The translations under genes and the position numbers were made by a program. Positions 13,385-24,600 of a stretch of DNA of 64,000 nt are shown piece after piece. This stretch comes from Ranitomeya imitator (Eukaryota). The notes beneath the pieces were generated by a model. That model ran no database searches. It was not told the DNA's origin and saw nothing but the letters and a program-made list of their open reading frames with translations. The first letter of the stretch is position 1. Each line of letters begins with the position of its first letter. The stretch lies in assembly GCF_032444005.1 (NCBI RefSeq), contig NC_091289.1, positions 123,256,001-123,320,000 of the forward strand, read 5' to 3'.

Positions 13385-13807
13385 GACACAGGATACAGTA
13401 GCAGTCTGTTAACATTTCAGCAGTCATAGGGTCTATATATACTGTAGCTATCCCATAATACACGCCCTCTGTAGTCCCATTGGCGGTGTCTGGTTATCTA
13501 GATTTTTCTCCTGTAAAATTTTCCACCATGCGGACCAAAAAAATGCAAACACATGCAAAACGCATGCAAAAGCATGAAAACGCAGCGTTTTTTAAACCAC
13601 ATGTGTTACCGTATGCGTCTAAAAAACGCTGTGTTTATACGCGTTTCCATGCGGTTTTTCCTTCATTTGCGGTTGCGGATTAAACGCTGCGGATTCTAAC
13701 GCAAATGTGAAACTAGCCTAAGCAAGTTGAAGATGAAATTATCTCTAAAATGCTGAAAGTTAAAGATGGCACATTTCCTTTCTATTTTAGACTATATATA
13801 TACTGTA

Positions 13808-15213
13808 TGATGACTGCTTTGCTCACTCTTGGCATACTCTTCATGAGCTTCAAGAGGTAGTCACCAGGAATGGTTTTCACTTCACAGATGTGCCCTGTCA
13901 GGTTTAATAAGTGGGATTTCTTGCCTTATAAATGGAGTTGGGACCATCAGTTGTGTTGTGCAGAAGTCTGGTGGATACACAGCTGATAGTCCTACTGAAT
14001 AGACTGTTAGAATTTGTATTACAGCAAGAAAAAGCAGCTAAGTAAAGAGAAATGAGTGGCCATCATTACTTTAAGAAATGAAGGTCAGTCAGTCCGAAAA
14101 ATTGGGAAAACTTTGAAAGTGTCCCCAAGTGCAGTGACAAAAACCATCAAGCGTTACAAAGAAACTGGCTCACATGAGGACCAAGAGCCACCGATGCTTC
14201 TGAGGATAAGTTTATCCGAGTCACCAGCCTCAGAAATTGCAGGTTAACAGCAGCTCAGATTAGAGACCAGGTCAATGCCACACTGAGTTCTAGCAGCAGA
14301 CACATCTCTACAACAACTGTTAAGAGGAGACTTTGTGCAGCAGGCCTTCATGGTAAAAAAAGCTGCTAGGAAACCACTGCTAAGGACAGGCAACAAGCAG
14401 AAGAGACTTGTTTGGGCTAAAGAACACAAGAAATGGACATTAGACCAGTGGAAATCTGTGCTTTGGTCTGATGAGTCCAAATTTGAGATCTTTGGTTCCA
14501 ACCACCGTGTCTTTGTACGATGCAGAACAGGTGAACGGATGGACCCTACAAGCCTGATTCCCACCGTGAAGCATGGAGGAGGAGGTGTGATGGTGTGGTG
14601 GTGCTTTGCTGGTGACACTGTTGGGGATTTATTCAAAATTGAAGGCATACTGAATCAGCATGGCTACCACAGCATCTTGCAGCGGCATGCTATTCCTTCC
14701 GGTTTGCGTTTAGTTGGACCATCATTTATTTTTCAACAGGACAATGACCCCAAACATACCTCCCGGCTGTGTTAGGGCTATTTGACCAAGAAGGAGAGTG
14801 ATAGGGTGCTACGCCAGATGACCTGGCCGCCACAGTCACCAGACCTGAACCCAATCGAGATGGTTTGGGGTGAGCTGGACCGCAGAGTGAAGGCAAAAGG
14901 GCCAACAAATTCTAAGCATCTCTGGGAACTCCTTCAAGATTGTTGCAAGACCATTGCTGGTGACTACCTCTTGAAGCTCATCAAGAGAATGCCAAGAGGG
15001 TGCAAAGCAGTCATCAAAGCAAAAGGTGGCTACTTTGAAGAACCTAGAGTATAAGACATATTTTCAGTTGTTGCACACTTTTTTGTTAAGTATATAATTC
15101 CACATGTGTTAATTCATAGTTTGATGCATTTAGTGTGAATGTACAATTTTCATAGTCATGAAAAGATAGATAAATCTTTAAATGAGAAGGTGTGACCAAA
15201 CTTTTGGGGTGTA

Positions 15214-15216
<3 letters not shown>
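13808..15216 (+). mobile_element. Tc1-like transposon, left end missing, disrupted transposase
   Basis: ORF pieces [55 protein letters not shown]; right TIR ends CCAAACTTTTGGGGTGTACTG|TA. Confidence 0.9.

Positions 15217-15255
<39 letters not shown>
15217..15255. repeat. (TA)n microsatellite at a Tc1 TA site
   Basis: Direct reading. Confidence 0.95.
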
Positions 15256-15265
15256 GGTATATATA

Positions 15266-16173
15266 CACGATGGGCCATGTATGTGGATACACCTAAATAA
15301 AATGAAAATTATTGGTGATATCAACTCCCTGTTTGTGGCACATTAGTGTATGGGAGTTGGAAAACTTTTCAAGATGGGTGGTGATCAAGGTGGTCATTTT
15401 GAAGTCAGCCATTTTGGATCCAACTTTATTTTTTCCAACTGGAAGATGGTCAAGTGACACATCAAACTTATTGAGAATTTCACAACAAAAACAGCAGTGT
15501 GCTTAGTTTTAACGTAACTTTATTCTTCCTTGAGTTATTTACAAGTTTCTCTCTGTTTACAGCCATTCACATGTCACAGAGGTTAATACGTGAGGAGCGG
15601 ATAGAAATTGTGTTGATGTCTGGTGAACGAGGTACCCGGGTCATTGCAGCAAATTTCAATGCAAGACACCCTACGTAAAAAAACTGTCACCATTCTCATT
15701 TGATTTAGGTGTATCTATACAAATGGCCCACCCAAAAAAGTTTGCCTCGTTATTGAACATAATGTTCTGTGTAAACTGAGGGTCCTGTTCCAATTTTTGT
15801 TTTGCCCATTCTGCAAATTCAGCATGCCGATCTGGCATCAGTCGAACATTCATTCGGGGGATATTAGCTACTCACAAATAGCACCCTTACAAAATCCAGC
15901 TGCTGCAGGATCTCAACGAGGATGACCCAGATCGGCTCGCTGAATTTGCAGAATGTTTTTCTTGTGAAATTCTCAATAAGTTTGATGTGTCCTCTTTCCA
16001 TTGGAAAAAATAAAGATGGATACAAAATGTCCGACTTTAAAATTGCCACCATGGTCACCACTCATGTTGAAAAGTTTTCCCCCTGCCAAATACTAATGTG
16101 CCACAAACAGGAAGTTGATATCACCAACCATTCCCATTTTACTTAGGTGTATCCATATATATGGCCCACCTTG
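15266..16173. mobile_element. Non-autonomous Tc1/mariner (Tc3/maT-like) element with ~220 bp TIRs and a rearranged interior
   Basis: TA-flanked long TIRs; transposase pieces MSQRLIREERIEIVLMSG (+), HPYKIQLLQDLNEDDPDR (+) and DRHAEFAEWAKQKLEQDPQF..NEANFF (-). Confidence 0.8.
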
Positions 16174-16187
16174 TATATATATATATG

Positions 16188-16219
<32 letters not shown>

Positions 16220-16241
16220 CAAACATATATATATATATAAA

Positions 16242-16606
16242 CGGGTGCATCTCACAAAATGAGACTGATCACCTCCATGCCATGCCGCATTGATGCAGTA
16301 ATTGATGCCAAAGGAGCCCCGACCAAGTATTGAGTGCATTTACTGAACATACATTTCAGTAGGCCAATATTCGGATTTTAAAATAATTTTTTCAAGCTGG
16401 TGTTATAAAGCATTCTAATTTACTGAGATAATGACTTTTGGGTTTTCATTGGCTGTAAGCCATAATTATCAACATTAACAAAAATATTCACATGAAAAAG
16501 ATCATTCTGCAATGACTCTATATAATATATGAGTTTCACTTTTGGTATAGAAGAACTGAAATAAATTATTGTTTTGATGATATTCAAATTTTGTGAGCTG
16601 CACCTG
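16242..16606 (+). mobile_element. Internally deleted Tc1 derivative
   Basis: TIRs CGGGTGCATCTCACAAAAT / ATTTTGTGAGCTGCACCTG|TA; retains the transposase C-terminus (LITSMPCRIDAVIDAKGAPTKY*). Confidence 0.75.
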
Positions 16607-16933
16607 TATATAGTAAATTTTTACATTTTTAAAACTACAAAAAGGAAAATGGGCCGATGCAAATATTTGGGCACCCTTGGAGATTTGAGTGCTCAGATAA
16701 CTTTGACTGAGGTTTCAGATCTTAATTAGCCTGTTAGGGTTATGGCTTGTTCAATTTCATCCTTATAATATGTGGTTGTAGTCATACAACCCTGCCAGGT
16801 GAGCAATTCTCCAAATAATTAGATTTTTTTTCCAAGTTAAGATCCTATTGCACTATTTTGTTTCTAGACCAACCTTATTGAGTCAATGTGCCAAGGTCTC
16901 ACATTGCAATTAAATGAGGACTGTGGTGATTAA

Positions 16934-17475
16934 CCTCTTAACCCTGGAGGTATTTTCGTTTTTTGCTCCCCTTATTCCCATAGCCATAACTTTTTTATTT
17001 TTCTGTCAATATGGCCATGTGGGGACTTGTTTTTTGCAGGACAAGTTTTATTTTTGAACGACCTCATTGGTTTTAACATATCGTGTACTGTAAAACAGGA
17101 AAAAAATTCCAAGTGAGGTGAAATTGCAAAAAAGTGCAATTCCATCATTGTTTTTTGTTTTGCTTTTTACTATGTTCACGAAATGCTAAACTGACCTGTT
17201 ATAATGATTCTTCAGGTCATTACGAGTTCATAGACATCAAACATGTCTAGGTTCTTTTTTTATCTGAGTGGTGAAACAAAATTCCAAAGTTTGTTAAAAA
17301 AAAAATTGCTCCATTTTCCGATACCCATAACGTCTCCATTTTTCGTGAACTTGGGTTGGGTGAGGGCTTATTTTTTGCACGCCGAGCTGATGTTTTTAAT
17401 TATACAATTTTGATGCACATACAATCTTTTGATCGCCAGCTTGCGTGAAACTGATGTCTTTAATGTACCAACAAT
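16934..17475 (+). mobile_element. piggyBac-like non-autonomous element, left part
   Basis: Starts TTAA|CCTCTTAACC; interior similar to 36316-37375 and 39000-40110. Confidence 0.5.
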
Positions 17476-17615
17476 CCGGTTACAGACATTACATGAGGCT
17501 CGGCAGATAGCGGTGAGGGTGCGGGGAGTGTGGAGCGATCTGCGCTTCTACGGGTCCATGTAATTCCGCATATTTCCCTTTTTTCCTCTCGAAATGAAGA
17601 TTGAATAATCAATTT

Positions 17616-18913
17616 GTTACCTGCATTAAAGACAGCTGTCTTACATAGTCACCTTTATAAAAGACTCCTGTCCACAGACTCAATTAATCAGACAGACTCC
17701 AACGTCTACAGCATGGGCAAGACCAAAGAGCTTTACAAGATTGACAGGGACAAGATCATAGACCTGCACAAAGCTGGAATGGGCTACAAAACCATAAGTA
17801 AGATGCTGGGTGAGAAGGAGACAACTGTTGGTACAATAGTGAGAAAATGGAAGGCATACAAAATGATTGTCAATCGACATCGGTCTGGGGTACCATGCAA
17901 AATCTTACCTTGTGGGGTATTCTTGATTATGAGGAAGGTGATAGAACAGCCTAAAACTACACGGGGCAAACTTGTTAATGATCTCAAGGCAGCTGGGACC
18001 ACAGTCATCAAGAAAACCATTGCTAACACATTATACCGTAAAGGTTTCAAATCCTGCAGTGGCCGCAAGGTCCCTCTGCTCAAGAAGGCACATGTGCAGG
18101 CCCGTATGAAGTTTGCCAATTAACACCAGGATGATTCTGTGAGTGATTGGGAAAAAGTGCTGTGGTCAGACAAGAAAAAAATTGAGGTCTTTGGCATTAA
18201 CTCAACCTGCCGTGTTTGGAGGAAGAGATATGCTGCCTATGACCCAAAGAACACCGTCCCCACTGTCAATCATGGAGGTGGAAACATTATGTTTTAGGGT
18301 TGCTTTTCTGAAAGGGCACAGGACTACTTCACCACATCAATGGGAAAATGGATGGAGCCATGCACCATAAAATCCTGAGTGACAACCTCCTACCCTCCGC
18401 CAGGACATTAAAAATGGGTCGTGGCTGGGTCTTCCAGCAAGACAATGACCCAAAACATACAGCCAAGGCAACAAAGGAGTGGCTCAAAAATAAGCATATT
18501 AAGGTCATGAAGTGTCCTAGCCAGTCTCCAGATCTTAATACCATAGAAAACTTATGGAGGGAGTTGAAGCGCCGAGTTGCCAAGCGATAGCCTCAAAATC
18601 TTAATGATTTAGAGATTATCTACAAAGAGGAGTGGACCAAAATTCCTAATGACATGTGTGCAAACCTCATTATCAACTGCAAAAAATGTTTGACTGCTGT
18701 GCTGTCTTGTTTTACAGAGTGATCAAATACTTATTTCTCTCTGCAAAATGCAAATACATTTCTATAATTTATACACTGTGATTTTCTGGATTTTATTTTT
18801 GATATTCTATCTCTCAATGTTAAAATTAACCTACCTTTAAAATAATAGACTGTTCATGTCAGTGGGCAAACTAACAAAAGCAGCAAGGGATCAAATACTT
18901 ATTTCCCCCGTTG
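17616..18913 (+). mobile_element. Tc1-like (IR/DR type) transposon, left end truncated, transposase pseudogene from 17713
   Basis: [30 protein letters not shown]..., [25 protein letters not shown]; stop at 18121 and frameshifts; direct repeat GATCAAATACTTATTTC at 18720 and 18889. Confidence 0.9.
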
Positions 18914-19478
18914 TAGCAGAATTGCTCACTTGCTATGAGTGCTGACGACTGGATGGCGGTCATAGCAATCCGGCAGTGACAACTATAGTGGTCTGCTGGA
19001 GACCTCTGGTTGTCATGCCATGCCATCGGCTACCTGCATTCATGTAACACGGGCACCAATGGGCGGGGTTTACGGCACGCTTGCATTCAATGCCGCTGTT
19101 AGAGTTTGACAGCGGCATTTAACTAGTTAGCAGATGCGGGTGGACCCTCCAGCCGGGTCTTACAAGTGGCCCATAGCCACAAATTCCATTTAAAAACCCT
19201 GCAGCAAAGGGTTGGGTGTGTCAGTGCTTGTTTGTAAACAGCCGGCTTGTGTGAGGTAACACAGAGCCAAGGGAAGCAAACGCCTGGCGCCCCTCACAGC
19301 GATGCAGTTGCCCACCGCAAGTGGTCTCAGATATGAAATATCTTGATCTGGCTGTGATCAAGATGATACCATTTGCTTTCCATTTGTGAGCTGCTTTGGA
19401 CATTAAAATCTTTAGCTTTGAACTTTTTTGTGGTCCCTGACAATATGTTGCACTGCCCCAACCCCGCTGCACTGCACA

Positions 19479-19497
19479 TGGCTGGAGAATGCGGGCA
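19479..19497 (+). other. Primer-binding site complementary to tRNA-Ala(AGC) 3' end
   Basis: TGGCTGGAGAATGCGGGCA vs expected TGGTGGAGAATGCGGGCA (one extra C; tRNA sequence recalled, not searched). Confidence 0.75.
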
Positions 19498-19565
19498 GTG
19501 TGAACTGAGACAGCTGCATGTCTGTCATTAGGCCTGCCACACTGCAACCCAGGCCTGCAGTCAAG

Positions 19566-21678
19566 ATGGAAGAAATCCAGAGGCAGCTGGTCCTCACACA
19601 GCAACAACAATAACAGACCAATAACCTGCTTCTGCAGCAGATTGCAGCCCTGCATGAGGCACCTCCAGCATTGACACCATAACGTCGTGAGGCCTGGAGG
19701 CTGAGTCCGGAAGATGACTTGTAAGCTTTCCCCACTGTCCATGAGCACACTGCAGAGCGGGAGAACCTGCCAACTTCCCAGTGGATCAAAGTAGTGGCTC
19801 CATTCCTGAGGAGTGACGCACTAAAGGCCTACTTTGACCTCGGTCAAGAGGACGCCCAGGACTACGCAAAGCTAAAATGGGGTTAATACCTATGTGAGAG
19901 CCAAACAGGTGTTTTCATGGACTTCATGGACTTTTGTGGAGCCCAGCCCACCCGGTCTCAGGTGTATGATTTACTGCAGCTTTTGAGAAGGTGGCTCCAA
20001 CCTGAGACCTTGACACCGGCCCAGTTGGTGGAGAAGGTGGTGGTCGACCGGCTGGTTAGAGTTCTGCCAGCAGCCATACAGCATTGGGTAAGGCAAGGGG
20101 ACCCGGGCACTCTAGACCAGGTGATTGGGCTGATTGAGCAGTACACAGCCACTCAGGACTTTATACTGGACTCTGCCCCATTGTGGCTGTCACGTCGGAC
20201 TCTACAAGCCCAGGAGCCGGGTAAAGAGTCACGTTTCCTTGCTGGGTACTTTCAGCCCCAAATCCATACTGAGGGGGCACCCTGGAGTGAGAATGGCAGG
20301 AGACCAGTTTCCCCCAAATAAAGGTGCTGGCGATGCCTATGGCCTGGACATATGGCTGACAACTGCCCCCAGATGGCTGAACCTATGGACTGCGGGTTTA
20401 TGCGCAGGGTCTCTATATATGCCCAGCCAGTCTGCATTGCATCTACAGGCACTGCATGCAGCGAACCCCAACTGTGTCAGGTACTCATCAACAGGTACAA
20501 GTTGGAGTCTCTCTTGGACTCAGGCAGCTTAGTGACTCTGGTCCATGGGTTACTAGTTGATGGGGACAACCCCAATGGTCGTAAGGTGGCGGTGATGTGT
20601 ATACATGGGGACCTCTGAGAATACCTGACTGCGGAGGTTACTTTTCCCCTCCGTGTTGGGAGATAAAACATGTGGTGGGAGTGGTGAGGACCCTTCCTTA
20701 TGGGACTGTGTTGGGAAAAGTCTTGCCCCTGTTTTGTTCTTTGTGGGAGAACATAGTTAACCCTCCCAGGGAAAAGGTTATTCCAGGCTAGGAACCCGAA
20801 GAACCTGAGTTTGGGATACCTGCCGCAGGGGTCACCAACCTAAGGACGGAGTGTAACCCCAATAGGTTCCCCTAGAGATATTGGCAGGAGAGGTCAAGGA
20901 GACTCCGTCGATCCCAGAGCTGGAAGTGTCCCCTGGAACATTTTGGACAGCTCAGCTACAGGATCCTACTCTGGTCCCAGCATGAGAAAGGGTCGTGGAA
21001 ATAAATGGGGTGGCTCAGCACCCAGGTGCCGGAATGGTTTTTCCCTTATGGCTGTCAACCAAGAATTGTTATATAGAATTGAAAAAATCAGAGATTAAGT
21101 GGTTGAACAGCTAGTGCTGCCCTAGTTGTACTGTCAGGCCATGTTAGAGATGACGCACACACACATGCTGGGTGGACACTTAGGGGTAAAGAAAACAAAA
21201 CACAGCATTATGCAGCGGTTCTTTTGGCCTGGGATTTATGCTGAAATACAAAAGAATTGCTAGTCATGTCCTGAGTGCCAACTTACCACAGCCATTGCAA
21301 AGTCCTTTTGTCCATTGATGCCTCTTCCCATTATTGAGGTACCCTTTGAGCGGATAGCAATGGATCTGGTGGGGCCTGTACTGAAATCCACCCATGGTTA
21401 TCAACATATTCTGGTCATCGTGGACTACACCATGCGCTGCCCAGAGGCTATACCCCTTTGTCACACCTCGGCAAAGCTAATCGCCCGCAAGCTGTTTGCA
21501 ATGTTTTGTCGCCTTGGGCTACCAAAGGAGATCCATACAGACCAGGTGACTCCTTTTATGTCCATGGTGACCAGGGAGCTATGTAAGCTACACACGTCGA
21601 TGTACCACCCACAAACCGACGGGTTGGTAGAAAGGTTTAATAAGACCCTCAAGTCCATGCTCAAAAAAAGGTGGTCTC
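19566..21678 (+). pseudogene. Gmr1-like gag (SCAN, CCHC), protease and integrase N-terminal part
   Basis: SCAN-like RSQVYDLLQLLRRWLQPETLTPAQLVEKVVVDRLVRVLP; CWRCLWPGHMADNC; LLDSGSLVTLV; PFERIAMDLVGP...TDQ...YHPQTDGLVERFNKTLK; many stops and frameshifts. Confidence 0.88.
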
Positions 21679-24600
21679 TGTTGTGAATTCTGTGGCAGAG
21701 CTCCCTCCTGTGGTCACAAGTGGTACTTCGGCTGATTCTCTCTGTGAGCTTCCGTTGGTGGAGGAAAGTGGTACTGCGGCTTCTGAGTTTCCTTCCTCAA
21801 GTGATGTGGTGAAGTCGTTAGGTGCTGCTCTATTTAACTCCACCTAGTGCTTTGATCCTGGCCTCCAGTCAATGTTCTAGTATTGGACCTGTTTCCTCCT
21901 GGATCATTCCTGTGGCCTGCTGCTCTGCATAGCTAAGTTCCGCTTTGCTATTTTGTTTGCTGTTTTTTTTCTGTCCAGCTTGTCTATTTGTTTTTTCTTG
22001 CTTGCTGGAAGCTCTGGGACGCAGAGGGTGTACCTCCGTGCTGTTAGTTCGGTACGGAGGGTCTTTTTGCCCCCTTTGCGTGGTTGTTTGTAGGGTTTTG
22101 TGTTGACCGCAAAGTTACCTTTCCTATCCTCGCTCTGTTTAGTAAGTCGGGCCTCACTTTGCTAAATCTATTTCATCTCTACGTTTGTCTTTTCATCTTA
22201 CTCACAGTCATTATATATGGGGGCTGACTTTTCCTTTGGGGTATTTCTCTGAGGCAAGGTAGGCTTATTTTCTATCTTCAGGCTAGCTAGTTTCTCAGGC
22301 TGTGCCGAGTTGCATAGGGAGCGTTAGGCGCAATCCACGGCTGCCTCTAGTGTGGTTGGAGAGGATTAGGGATTGCGGTCAGCAGAGTTCCCACGTCTCA
22401 GAGCTCGTTCTATGTTTTTGGGTTATTGTCAGATCACTGTATGTGCTCTGACTTCTATGTCCATTGTGGTACTGAAATACCTCATCATAACAGTACTGGA
22501 GGCCAAAAGTACTAATGATTCTCAATAGAGGGAAAAAAAAAGTTCTGAGACCATTTTTTTTTCTCTGCACTGTGTTTTGCCTTTTTTTTCCCCCTAGACA
22601 TTTGGGTGGTTCAGTACACAGGTGTAGCGATGGACATTAAAGGTCTGTCTTCATGTGTGGATCAGGTCTCGGCAAGAGTACAAAAGATTCAAGAAACTAT
22701 TGATCAGAAATCTATGTTAGAACCAAGAATTCCTATTCCTGATTTGTTTTTTGGAGATAGAACTAAATTTCTGAGTTTCAAAAATAATTGTAAACTATTT
22801 CTGGCCTTGAAACCTCGCTGCTCTGGTGACCCAGTTCAACAAGTTTTGATCATTATTTCTTTTCTACGTGGCGACCCTCAGGACTGGGCATTTTCTCTTG
22901 CGCCAGGAGATCCTGCATTAAGTAATATCGATGCGTTTTTCCTGGCGCTCGGATTGCTGTACGATGAACCTAATTCAGTGGATCAGGCAGAGAAGAATTT
23001 GCTGGCTCTGTGTCAGGCTCAGGATGATATAGAGGTATATTGTCAGAAATTTAGAAAGTGGTCCGTACTCACTCAATGGAATGAAGGTGCGCTCGCAGCT
23101 ATTTTCAGAAAGGGTCTCTCTGAAGCCCTTAAGGATGTCATGGTGGGATTTCCTATGCCTGCTGGTTTGAATGAGTCTATGTCTTTGGCTATTCAGATCG
23201 GTCGATGCTTGCGTGAGCGTAAATCTGTGCACCATTTGGCGGTATTACCTGAGCTTAAACCTGAGCCTATGCAGTGCAATAGGACTTTGACCAGACTTGA
23301 ACGGCAAGAACACAGACGTCTGAATGGGCTGTGTTTCTACTGTGGTGATTCCACTCATGCTATCTCTGATTGTCCTAAGCGCACTAAGCGGTTCGCTAGG
23401 TCTGCCACCATTGGTACGGTACAGTCAAAATTTCTTTTGTCCGTTACCTTGATCTGCTCTTTGTCATCGTATTCTGTCATGGCATTTGTGGATTCAGGCG
23501 CTGCCCTGAATTTGATGGACTTTGAGTATGCTAGGCGTTGTGGGTTTTTCTTGGAGCCCTTGCAGTGTCCTATTCCATTGAGAGGAATTGATGCTACGCC
23601 TTTGGCCAAGAATAAGCCTCAGTACTGGACCCAGCTGACCATGTGCATGGCTCCTGCACATCAAGAGGTTATTCGCTTTCTGGTGTTGCATAATCTGCAT
23701 GATGTGGTCGTGTTGGGGTTGCCATGGCTACAAGTCCATAATCCAGTATTAGATTGGAAATCCATGTCTGTGTCCAGCTGGGGTTGTAAGGGGGTACATG
23801 GTGATGTCCCATTTCTGACTATTTTGTCATCCACCCCTTCTGAGGTTCCAGAGTTCTTGTCTGATTACCGGGATGTATTTGATGAGCCCAAGTCCGATGC
23901 CCTACCTCCGCATAGGGATTGTGATTGTGCTATCGATTTGATTCATGGTAGTAAATTCCCAAAAGGTCGACTGTTTAGTTTGTCTGTGCCTGAGCACGCC
24001 GCTATGCGGAGTTATGTGAAGGAGTCCTTGGAGAAGGGGCATATTCGCCCATCATCATCGCCATTAGGAGCAGGGTTCTTTTTTGTAGCCAAGAAGGATG
24101 GTTCGCTGAGACCTTGTATAGATTACCGCCTTCTAAATAAGATCACGGTTAAATTTCAGTTCCCCTTGCCGTTGTTATCTGATTTGTTTGCTCGGATTAA
24201 GGGGGCCAGTTGGTTCACCAAGATAGATCTTCGTGGTGCGTATAATCTTGTGCGTATTAAGCGAGGCGATGAATGGAAAACTGCATTTAATACGCCCGAG
24301 GGTCATTTTGAGTATCTAGTAATGCCATTCGGACTTGCCAATGCTCCATCAGTGTTTCAGTCCTTTATGCATGACATCTTCCAAGAGTACCTGGATAAAT
24401 TCCTGATTGTGTACTTGGATGACATTTTGATCTTCTCGGATGATTGGGAGTCTCATGTGAAGCAGGTCAGAACGGTGTTTCAGGTCCTGCGTGCTAATTC
24501 TTTGTTTGTGAAGGGATCAAAGTGTCTCTTTGGTGTTCAGAAGGTTTCATTTTTGGGGTTCATCTTTTCCCCTTCTACTATCGAGATGGACCCTGTTAAG

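Larger units (their letters stand above)
8416..13719. mobile_element. Full-length PIF/Harbinger DNA transposon, two convergent genes, inactivated
   Basis: TIRs AGGCT(G/A)GTTTCACATTTGCG at both ends; MADF gene on +, DDE_Tnp_4/HARBI1-like transposase on -; no clean TSD seen. Confidence 0.92.

Noticed and set aside
8413-13722. TSD for the Harbinger element
   Set aside because: Flanks (AAC/AAG or ACA/TAA) do not match, so no TSD is claimed.
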